Below the pieces are notes generated by a model. That model had not been told where the DNA came from. It worked only from the letters and a program-made list of their open reading frames with translations, and did not search any database. From contig CAWGKG010000004.1 in the NCBI GenBank assembly GCA_963823035.1, positions 224,001-288,000 of the forward strand: a stretch of 64,000 nt of DNA, written 5' to 3'. Source of the stretch: an uncultured Gemmatimonadales bacterium. GTDB taxonomy: Bacteria > Gemmatimonadota > Gemmatimonadetes > Longimicrobiales > Gaopeijiaceae. Made by a program: the position numbers and the translations under genes. This document shows positions 33,469 through 43,189 of this stretch, piece after piece. Each line of letters begins with the position of its first letter. Within the stretch, counting starts at the first letter, position 1.

Positions 33469-33509
33469 GGTACGATCGTAGATTAGTTGCTACAATCGTA
33501 CCTGCGCAA
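33469..33509 (-). promoter_or_regulatory. paaX/bcr promoter with overlapping palindromic operator
   Basis: GGTACGATCGTAG-N8-CTACAATCGTACC (12/13 inverted repeat, 33469-33502) overlaps a minus-strand TTGCGC-N18-TAATCT; AT-rich island. Confidence 0.7.
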
Positions 33510-33538
33510 GGACCTTGGCCGCGCTCGTGGTGGACGGC

Positions 33539-34995
33539 TCAGTCGTGGCGCGCGAACCGCTCCAGGATCCAATCCGTGACGGCGTCGAGAGCGGCCGGAT
33601 CCATCGTCTCCTCGATGGTCGCGTACTCGCTCGGGGAGCCTGTCGACGACTTCTGGAAGAGGTGGTTCAACCCCGGGAGGAGTCGAGCGGTGGCGTCCGG
33701 GTTGCCGCCGCGCGCGAAGGCCGCCTCCACCTCCCGCAGATCGGCCTCGGCGGGGACCTGGAGGTCGTTGCCGCCGTTGAGCGCGAGGATCGGCACGCGC
33801 ACCCGCTCGAGGGCGGGCCGCGGGTCGTACGTCAGGAAGAAGCGGAACCACGGTGAGTTCACCTGGCGCACCTGCGCCTCGACGGCCTCGGGAGAGCCCG
33901 CTTGCGCCCGTTGGGCCTCGCGGCAGCGCCGCGATCGTCTCCTCCAGCGCCGCACGGAGCTTCACGGCCGCCGCCGCGGTGTCCGTCTCGGTGCGCACGA
34001 TCCCGAAGAGCTTTCTCTGCGCCTCCGCGTTGGTGCGGATCGCCGACTCGGAGGCTCCCTCGGCCCGTGCGATGAGCTCCCCCTGGAGGATGACGATCTC
34101 CTCGCCGGTCAGGCCCGGGCCGGCGAGCATCACCACGTAGTCGACGTCGTCCGAGCGCACCGCCGCCATCGGCCCGATCAGCCCACCCTCCGAGTGGCCG
34201 ACGACCCCGACCGCGCCGATGTCCGCTCGGGCCTTCAGGAACGCGACAGCGGCGAGCGCGTCCGAGGTGAAGTCCTCGGAGGTAGCGGACGCGAAGTTGC
34301 CCGTGGACCCGCCGATGCCGCGGTCGTCGTAGCGGAGCACGGCGATCCCCGCGCGCGTCAGGTGGTCCGACAGGACGAGGAAGGGCTTGTGCCCGAACAC
34401 CGTCTCGTCGCGGTCCTGCGGGACCCGACCCGCTCACGAGGACGGCGGCGGGGAAGGGCCCCGCGCCCCGGGGCAGGGTGAGCGTGCCGGCGAGCGTGAC
34501 GCCGGGCGCGCTCTGCACCGCTACCTCCTCGGTGTCGTACGGGAGCGGCGGTTTCGGGTTCTGCGGGCGATTCGGCGGTGTCGCGGCCGCCCCGGGATCG
34601 TCGCTTTGCCGGGTGAGGTCGAGCGGCAGCTGCGCGCCACCCTGCATGAACGTGCCGCTCATGCCGGCGCCGTCGGGACTCAGCCGCGCGGTGTACGTCA
34701 CTCCGAGGTTCGCCACCGCGAAGCGGAGCTCACCGTCCGAGGCCGAGACCTCACTCGCGGGAATCCCGTTCGCTCCCTGATCCGGCGAGTCCAACGTGCC
34801 CGACATGCCGCCGTCGTCGGCACGGTGCACGTGGAGCACCAATCTCAGGCGGCTCTGCCCGGTGTCGAGCACGCCCTCCCACGTTCCGACGAACGCCTCC
34901 GCGCCGGCCTGCTGGGCCTCAGCGCCACGGGAAACGGAAAGGCCGCCCACGAGGGCGGCGGTGCTCAGCAGGACGGTGGCCTTGGACGGGCGCAC
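33539..34995 (-). CDS. Secreted alpha/beta hydrolase with an N-terminal beta domain; frameshifts
   Basis: Signal peptide, LDSPDQG, LAGTLTLP, LVSGSGP, RYDDRG, GHSEGG nucleophile elbow, D-LQVP and LNHLFQ. Confidence 0.85.
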
Positions 34996-35085
34996 GGAGA
35001 CCTCTCGCGATCGGGTTCTGGACGGCTCTGGTTCGTCGGGAGGGCCGCGACGACCTCCATGGTACGGGTCGGACGCGGGACTTGT

Positions 35086-37720
35086 TCAGCCCGGTCCGAG
35101 GCCGCTCGCGTCGTCCAGCTCGGGAACGTCCACCTGCACGCGGCCCGTCAGCGCCTGCCGCACACGGTTCAGCAGCTCCACGATCTCGAACGGCTTGGGA
35201 ATGAACCCGACGCCTTCGCGGGCGATCCGCTCCGCCATGGGGTGCTCGGCGGTGTAGCCCGACATGAAGAGGATGGGTGTGGACGGCCGGACGCGATCCA
35301 CGTGGTCGGCCAGCTCGGGCCCACTCACGTTCGGCATGACCACGTCCGTCAGGACGAGGTCGATGTGGCCGCGATGGCTGTGCAGGTGGTCGATCCCTTC
35401 CTGGCCGTCGCGGCCGACCAGCACGTGGTAGCCGGCGGCCTCGAGCGTCCGCTGCACGGCGCGGCGGACGGCCGCGTTGTCCTCGACCAGGAGGATGGTC
35501 TCCCCCTCACCGGGGGAGGGGTCGAGGAGACGCTCGACCTCGTCCTCCGGGGGGCCTTCGAAGACCGCGGGCAGCCACACGTCGAAGCGCGTGCCCTCGC
35601 CGAGCTGGCTCTCCACGACGATGCGCCCGCCCGCGCCGGTCACGATGGCGTACGCCGTGGACAGACCCAGCCCCGTGCCGTGACCCGGCGCCTTGGTGGT
35701 GAAGAACGGCTCGAAGACGCTCGCCCGTGTCGACGCGTCCATCCCCACCCCGTCGTCCTCGACGCTCAGCACGATCCACGCTCCCGCGTCGTCGCTCTCG
35801 ACGGCTTCCCCCTCTCGCACGGGCCGCCGTGACCAGACGGGAGGTCACGACGATACGGCCTCCGGAAGGGAGGGCGTCCCTGGCGTTCACCGCCAGGTTC
35901 ATGAGCACCTGCTCGAGCTGGCTGCCGTCGATGCGCGCGAAGGGGACCGACGGGTCGAGGTTCGCCTCGAGGCGCACGTCCTCGCCGATGAGGCGGGACA
36001 GCATGGTCTCCACGCCGCGGATCACGTCGTTGGCGCGCACGAGGCTCGGCTCGGCCTGCCGCCCCCGGCTGAACGAGAGGAGCTGCCGGGTCAGGCGTTG
36101 GGCGCCCTCCGTGGCGCGCACGATCTCCTTGATGCTCGCGTGCCCCGCATGCGATTCCTCCAGCTCGGAGGCGGTGAGCTCGGCGTTCACGCGGATCACG
36201 GTGAGAACGTTGTTGAAGTCGTGGGCGAGCCCACCCGCGAGACGCCCGACCGCCTCCATCTTCTGGGTGATGTTGAGCTGCTCCTCGAGCCGCCTCCGCT
36301 CCGTGACGTCCTCCACCATGATCTCGAACGCGCGCTGCGATCCCGCGGCCGGCACCACCTTTCCGTGCAGGCGCACGGTCACCGGTGTGCCGTCCTTGCG
36401 CAGCCAGTCGAGCTCGAGCCCGTCCACGAGGTCGCCGTCGCGGTATGCCTCCACGAGGGTCGAGCGCTGCGACGGATCGCGGTAGAGCGCTTCGGGACCG
36501 GTGTCGATCAGCTCCTCGGCACTCTCGTAGCCCATGAGCGAGGCGAAGGCGGGATTGACCTCGAGGAAGGAGCCGTCCTCCGTGGAGACGTAGATGCCGA
36601 GCACCGCGTTCTCGACCATCGAGCGGAACCGCTCCTTGGCGCGGCGCTCCTCCCGCTCGGCGCGGAACCGCGCGAGCAGCGTGCGATTGAAGCGTTGCCC
36701 GAGCTCGGCGATCTCGACGGGCGAGCCGCGCGGAATGGCGATGCTGCGGACGTCTCCCGCGGACTCCGTGGACCGCACGAGGTGCGCCAGGGAGCTCGTG
36801 ATGCGAGACTGCACCAGGAAGGCGAGCACAGCGACCAGGAGGAGGGTGAGGGCGCCCAGGATGATCCGGTCGCGGACATTCCGCATGGCCGGCGCGAGCA
36901 CCTCCTCGGTGGGGATGCCGCCATGGACCGTCCACCCGAACTCGGGAATCTGGACGGACGCCCACGCGCGCAGCGTGCCCTCCACGTCCACGGCCTCCGT
37001 GCCGATGTAGCCCGGCGCGATGTCCTCGCGGTCCGCGGTCTCCGGCGGGAGGTATCTTCCCACCCAGCGGCCGGGTCGCGCGAGCGCGCCACGATCCTCC
37101 GCTCGGCGTTCGAGATCGTGACGAGGTCCCCCGGGCCGAGCACGACGCCGGCGAGCAGCTCCTGGAAGCGCAGGAGGGGCATGCTCGCCGCGAGCACCGC
37201 GGCGACCGTGCCGTCGTCGGCGCGTACCGGCACGGCCACGGCGACGACCCATTCCTTCGTGATCTGACCGACCACCGGCGACCCCACCGCGAAGTCGCCG
37301 CCTGCGAGAGCCCGTTGGAACCACTCGCGTCCGGAGACGTCCACGACCACCGAGTCCGGAGGCGCCTCGGTGGAGCAGACCAGCCGACCCGACGGATCCG
37401 CGACCATGATGTTGGCGAGGAAGGTGAGGGTCGCCTGGATGTTGCCGACCGGCGTCGCGCACGTCGCGGGTCCGAGGAGCGCGTCCCGCGAGCCTTCGGC
37501 CGTGGCCGCGAGCGCGTCGTGGGTCGACCGACAGGAGCGCCCGCGTGCTCGTCGCCGTCGCGTCCGCCAGTGTGTGGGCGCGAAGCTGACCCTGGTCGAA
37601 GGAGAGCCGGTACTCGTGCAGGCTGGCGTGGATGAGCAGTCCGATGAGGGGCAGCGCGGTCACGCCGACCAGCATCAGGAGGTACGTCCGGATGGACAGT
37701 GCTCTGTGGAAGCGCGCCAT
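35086..37720 (-). CDS. Hybrid sensor histidine kinase (TM-Cache-TM-PAS-HisKA-HATPase-REC); frameshifts
   Basis: QKMEAVGRLAGGLAHDFNN, LMNLAVNARDA, D.G.GM...FEPFFTTK..GTGLGL and the receiver LVED...LTDVVMP...KPF. Confidence 0.88.
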
Positions 37721-37731
37721 CCGCGTCGGCT

Positions 37732-38396
37732 TCAGAAGGTCTCCAGCGTGTGGAAGACCTCGGTCCCGTCCTTGAACCAGTGCTCACGGAACGGGAAGGC
37801 GGCGAGCTCGGAGGGGAGAAGCTCCTTCGTGAGTGGATGGGGGAAGAGGGTCATGCTTCCCCGCTCGTTCTCGTGCACGGTGTAGCGGCCGGAGATCTGC
37901 ACGGTCGTGCGGAAGCGTCGGTCGCCGCAGGCCGCGAAGCCCTGGAGGAGGTGACTCGTCGACTCCCACGGCGCCCTGCGTCACGCTGAAGTCGACGATC
38001 GGCTTTCCGCCACCCCAGGCGCGCACCCGGAGGCGATCACCCGTCTCGATGAACTGGGCGTCGATGTCCTCGTCGAGATAGGGGAAGTGCAGGCGCTCCC
38101 GTCGGTTCAGGCGCGCCTGCCGCGAGCTCGTGGCTGCCAGGAACGGATAGAAGCCGGCCTTGGCGTGCTGTCCCCATTCGGCCACCATGGGCGGCACGAT
38201 CACCGAGAACATGAGCTCCGTGTACGGACCCACCTCGCTCTCCTCGAAGAGGAAGGCGGTCACGGAGAGCACGCTGCGCTGGTGGCGGACCTCGATCGGT
38301 TGGAGATACGCGGGTATGACATGGACGGCGTCGACCGTCGCCATCTCGAAGAAGGCGCTGACCCCCGTCCGGAACGAGTATCTGCTCTACCGACAT
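37732..38396 (-). CDS. Acetoacetate-decarboxylase-like fold protein; two frameshifts
   Basis: Repaired translation ...IPAYLQPIE...VTAFLFEESEVGPYTELMFSV...PFREHWFKDGTEVFHTLETF* contains the GPYxE motif. Confidence 0.6.
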
Positions 38397-39754
38397 ACTC
38401 CGTACCTCTTGAGGACGCCGATGATGATGTCGGCTCCCCTCTCCAACTCCTCTTCGGAATGCGCCGCCGAGATCGACATGCGGAAGCGCGACTTGTGCTT
38501 CCCCACCGCGGGATACTTCACCGGGTTGATGAAGACCCCCTCTCTGAAGATCTCCTCGCCGATCTGGAAAACGCGAGCATCATCGCGCACCATGATCGGA
38601 ATCACCTGGGAGGTGGAGTCGCCGATGGGCACGCCGCCGTCGGCGAGCTTCTTCTGCATGAACGCCACGTTGTGCCAGAGCTTGCGACGCAGCTCCGGCT
38701 CGTTGCTGGCCAGCTCGAGCGCCTTGCGCAGCCCGGCCACGACGACCGGCGACAGGGCGCACGAGAAGAAGCGCGAGCGGGAGAAGCCCCTCAGGTAGTT
38801 GATGAGCTGGCTCGAACCCGCGATGTACCCGCCCTGTCCGCCCAGGCTCTTCGAGAACGTCCCGAGGTGGATGTCCACCTCGTCCTCCATCCCCTGGTCC
38901 TCCACCACGCCGCGGCCGTTCTCGCCGTAGACGAAGGCCGAGTGGGCCTCGTCGATCATCAGGCGGGCGCCATGCCTCCGGCAGACCTCGACCAGGTCGC
39001 GCCAGCGGGGGCACGTCGCCGTCCATCGAGTAGACGCCCTCGACGATGACGAGCTTCTTCCCCTCGAACCCGGACAGCTTGCGATCGAGGTCGTCCGGGC
39101 GGTTGTGGCGGAAGAACCGTGAGGTCGCCTTCGAGAGGATCATGCCGTCCACGATGCTGGCGTGGGCGTACTGATCGGCCACGACCAGGTCACCGGAGCG
39201 CATCAGCCCGGCGATGGTCCCCACGTTGGCGCTGTAGCCGGTGGGGAAGATCAGCGCCGCCTCCTTGGCCTTGAAGGCGGCCACTTCCTCGGCGAGGCGA
39301 CGATGCAGCTGCGGTCGTGCCGCTGAGGATGGGCGAGCCCGACGAGCCGCCGCCGTAGATGTCGGCCGCCGCCTTGATGGCCTCCTTCACCTCCGGACGG
39401 TAGGACAGCCCCAGGTAGTTGTAGGACGCGAAGTTCACGAGGCCCCTGCGGACCTCGTGGGTCTTCGTGTCCTCGACGTCCACCCGCGTCGCGGGGCGCC
39501 GTGTGCAGCGGCAGCTCGTACAGGTAGTAGCCGGCGGGCTTCACCTCGGACCACCAGTCGTCGAACGGCTGGAGGAGGGCGAAGGCGTCGTCGCCGGCGC
39601 CGAAGTAGAAATTCGTGTAGTCGTACTCCATCGCCCCGGGTGGCGTCGGCGGCGCCTCCGGCATCGATGCACCGACCGCGCCGTCGGAGGTGATTCGCTT
39701 CGGGGGCTTCGGGGTCTCCACTTCGGTGGAGGTACCGCGTCGCTTTTCGGACAT
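38387..39754 (-). CDS. PLP-dependent alpha-oxoamine synthase (SPT/BioF/KBL family); frameshifts
   Basis: FASYNYLGL, GSPILSGT, FPTGYSAN, AHASIVDG, EGVYSMDGD, DEAHS, GTFSKSLG and YPAV...RFR. Confidence 0.88.
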
Positions 39755-39831
39755 GGAGGTCGACCCGTAGAGTGATGGAGTTGGCCAACCCTCAATCTCC
39801 CGAAAACAGGTGGGAGATTCAAGGAGAACCG

Positions 39832-40881
39832 ATGCACGCATGGGCAGAGCTCAGCGCGACGTGGAGCCCGCCCGGGGATTGGACGCGCGTCCGTGTCGTG
39901 GACGCGCACACGGCGGGCGAGCCCCTGCGCGTGATCCTCTCCGGCTTTCCGAGACCCGCCGGCGCCACGGTGTCGAAGCAGCGGGTCGAGGCCCGCGCCC
40001 GTCACGACGCGCTGCGGAGGGCGCTCATGTGGGAGCCTCGCGGACACGCGGACATGTACGGCTGCCTCGTCGGGCCGCCGGTGACCCCCGGAGCCGACTT
40101 CGGCGTCCTCTTCATGCACAACGAGGGGTTCAGCACGATGTGCGGCCACGGCATCATCGGCGTGGTGACCGTGGTGCTGGAGATGGGGCTGCTGCAGCGG
40201 CCGGCCGGCGAGGAAGCGCACGTCGGCATCGATACGCCCGCCGGCTTCGTGGAGGCCCGCGCCACCCTGGCGGGCGGGCGGGTGCGCTCGGTGGCCTTCG
40301 TGAACGTGCCCTCGTTCGTCGCTGCGCGGGACCTCGTGGCGGACGTGCCGGGCGTGGGGCGGGTGCGCTACGACGTCGCCTTCGGCGGTGCCTTCTACGC
40401 CTTCGTGGAAGCCGAGGACGTGGGGCTCCGCCTCGTCCCGGACGAGTACGGCCGCCTGATCTCGATGGGGAGGGCGATCAAGCGTGCCGCGGTGGCGGCG
40501 GGCGAGCCGACCCACCCCGACGACCCCGACCTCGGCTTCCTCTACGGGACGATCTTCGTAGGACCGGCCCACGCTGCCGGAGGGCACAGCCGCAACGTCT
40601 GCGTCTTCGCGGACGGAGAGGTGGACCGCAGTCCCACGGGGACGGGGGTGAGCGCGCGGCTCGCGCTCCACCACGCCCGCGGAGAGCTGTCGGAGGGTGA
40701 GGAGATCCGGGTGGAGAGCATCCTGGGCACGTCCTTCACGGGACGCGTCCTGCGCACCACCACCGTCGGACCCTACGCGGCCGTGGTTCCGGAGGTGGGC
40801 GGCTCGGCGTCCATCACGGGCCGGGGGGAACTCCTCCTGGCGCCCGACGATCCGCTCCGCGAGGGCTTCCTCCTCCGCTGA
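39832..40881 (+). CDS. Proline racemase-family enzyme, probable trans-3-hydroxy-L-proline dehydratase
   Basis: DAHTAGEPLR, EPRGH, MCGHG and DRSPTGTG give a Cys/Thr catalytic pair. Confidence 0.85.
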   Translation: MHAWAELSATWSPPGDWTRVRVVDAHTAGEPLRVILSGFPRPAGATVSKQRVEARARHDALRRALMWEPRGHADMYGCLVGPPVTPGADFGVLFMHNEGFSTMCGHGIIGVVTVVLEMGLLQRPAGEEAHVGIDTPAGFVEARATLAGGRVRSVAFVNVPSFVAARDLVADVPGVGRVRYDVAFGGAFYAFVEAEDVGLRLVPDEYGRLISMGRAIKRAAVAAGEPTHPDDPDLGFLYGTIFVGPAHAAGGHSRNVCVFADGEVDRSPTGTGVSARLALHHARGELSEGEEIRVESILGTSFTGRVLRTTTVGPYAAVVPEVGGSASITGRGELLLAPDDPLREGFLLR

Positions 40882-40887
40882 GGGATC

Positions 40888-42766
40888 TCAGCGCCCGCGA
40901 TCGGGCGCGCGGGCCCAACGCAGCTCGCCGGTCGGGTCGGCGGCGCGCAGGTGGAAGCCCCACCCGCCGTCGAGATCGGCCACCTCGAGGAGGACGCGGT
41001 TCCACCCGGCCTTCAGGTGGACCGGCACCGCCAGGTCGTCCGGTCGGGAGACGTTGCGTCCCTGCCGCGTCGACACCGCCCGCCCGTTCATCCACAGCGT
41101 GTGGGCGTCGTCGGCGCCGAGCAGGAGGACGGCGTCGCGTTCGGTGGGGGCGTACAGGAACGCCCGCGCGTACGCGGCGACCCAGTCGTTCGGGTCGAAG
41201 AGGGCGTTGAGGCGGACGTAGCCGTCGTCGCCGGCGTCGGCGTCCTTCCACGCGATCGTGCCACCTTGCGGGAGCGCGTACGCGGCCGCCTCGGGATCGT
41301 GCTCCGGCTCGTGCTCCTCGTCCAGGGCGGGGCTGTGCTCGGTGCCCAGGCGCTGCGCGTTCGGGAAGGGCCCGACCACCCTCCAGGCGCGGGCGAAGTC
41401 CCGGACGGGGCGTGCCTCCGCGGCGGCCGGGAGCGGGGGCGGGTCGCCGCCCTCGCGCGCATAGGCGATCCGCACGGCCTCGGAGCCCCGGACCGTGTCG
41501 AGCACGACCGGGGGGAGGACCGTGGCGGCCTCCTCGGCCGACAGCGCCACGTCCACCGGGTGGCCGCCCTCCACGCGGGCGACGGCGGGCCGCTCGTCGG
41601 GGCCGCCCGTCGGGTAGAGGAGGATCTCGTAGCGGTCGGGACGGGGCAGCAGTACGCGGAGGCTGCGACCCCCGTCGCCGTCGCCGGCGTCGAGCGCGGG
41701 GGGCGTGGTCGCCCCCGGGGGGATCTTCTGCCCGAGGACCCGGCGCGCGTCCGGCGGGGGCAGCTCGGGGAGCGGACGGTGCGGCTCGGTCTGGTACCAG
41801 TACGCCGTGGTGGCGTAGTCGGCCACCTCGGTGTTCGCGTGTCCGTGCTCGAGCTCGATGCGGATCGAGTCGTGGAAGGGGACGGGGTCCGGGAGATGCC
41901 AGCGGTAGGCCGCGATGCGGCCCCGAGCGTCGTCCTTCACCACCAGTCCGTGGTACGGCGCGGCGTACTCACCCTGATCGAAGTACCACCCCGAGTTGAA
42001 GTAGTCCTCCGTTCCGGTGCCTTGCCCGCGGAAAGCGCCGTCCACGTGGAAGATCTCGTCGCCCTCGAGGAAGCCGAGCGACCCGTCGTGGGACTCGGCC
42101 TGGAGGTTCATCCCGACGAAGTGCCCCGCGCCCGTGGCCGCCAGGACGAGGTGCGGCGTGGCGGCCGTGGTGCGCGGGTCGCGGTTCCAGGCGGCGTGGA
42201 AGGTGGCGAGGGGGACCGGGAGGGAGTCCACGAGCTCCACGTCGGCGTTGAAGTAGAAGGCGTCCACGGCCTGGCCCGTGCCGTTGCGCGCCACGATGCG
42301 CGCGTGCCGGGCGAAGGGAAGGGGAAGGTAGGCGTAGAAGCCCCCGCTGGAGACGCCCATCGGGAGCGCGGCGTAGTGGCGCCGATCGAAGGCGTTGCCG
42401 AAGAAGTCGCCGAGGGGGACGCGCACGGACGGGTCGGCCTCGTCGTCCCAGTACATCTCCAGGGCGATGCGGCGGAGGTAGTGCGGGTCGTCGCTCGCCA
42501 CGGTGAGCCAGAGCCTGCGCACCACGCCCGGGCCGTCGAGGTCGAGGAGGACCGCCGAGTCCCCCGGGGCGATCTCGTAGCGGTCGCGATTGCCGCCCGT
42601 CGTGTCGTACGAAGAGACGTGCACGAAGCGCGACGTGGGCGAGGTGAAGAGGCGCCGGAGCGGGTCGGGGACGGCCTGTCCGGAGGCGGGTGCCTGCGCC
42701 GATGGCCAGGAGCGCGGCGACGAGCCCGGCGAGGGCGAGGGGTGCGGTGCGGTCGAGGGGGCGCAT
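40888..42766 (-). CDS. Glycoside hydrolase family 172 (DUF2961) with a C-terminal beta-sandwich domain; frameshift after the signal peptide
   Basis: SSYDTTGGNRD, GPGVVRRLW, PLGDFF, FLEGDE, GTGTEDYFNSGW and YRWHLPDPVPF. Confidence 0.85.
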
Positions 42767-42818
42767 GCCGGAGAGTATGGATCCGGCCGGCGTCCTGCGC
42801 GAATGCGGCGCCGCGGAG

Positions 42819-43070
42819 CTAGAACTCGTCCAGCGTGGACACCATCACGTCGGGGTGGCCCGAGCCGCTGACGGCCACGCGCACGGTCCACGGGCGGCAG
42901 CAGATCTCGCAGTCCTCGACGTACTCCTGGTAGGCGCCTCCCGTGGTGTCCACCAGGAGCTCCACCGCCTCGCCGCAGTACGGGCACGACACCCAGGCAG
43001 CGTCGTCGATCCCCGCGTCGATGGGGTCCTCGTCGTCCCACCCGTCCGTCACCGCTTCGAACCCGTTCAT
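42819..43070 (-). CDS. CPXCG-motif cysteine-rich zinc-ribbon protein
   Basis: CPYCGE...QEYVEDCEICCRPW; GGAG RBS. Confidence 0.88.
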   Translation of the reverse strand: MNGFEAVTDGWDDEDPIDAGIDDAAWVSCPYCGEAVELLVDTTGGAYQEYVEDCEICCRPWTVRVAVSGSGHPDVMVSTLDEF

Positions 43071-43189
43071 GCTCTCTTCTCCCGGGGGCAGACCGAGTCG
43101 GGGCTGCCGGATGCGTCCATGTCTTGCGAGTAGACACGGGAGTGGCAAGAAGTGCTCTGGCAGCCGCCGTCGGGCGCGGCCGCGCCGCG

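Noticed and set aside
33539..34995. Alpha/beta hydrolase as the missing ring-opening hydrolase
   Set aside because: It carries a signal peptide and lies upstream of the paaX promoter, and Oah is a cytoplasmic crotonase-fold enzyme.
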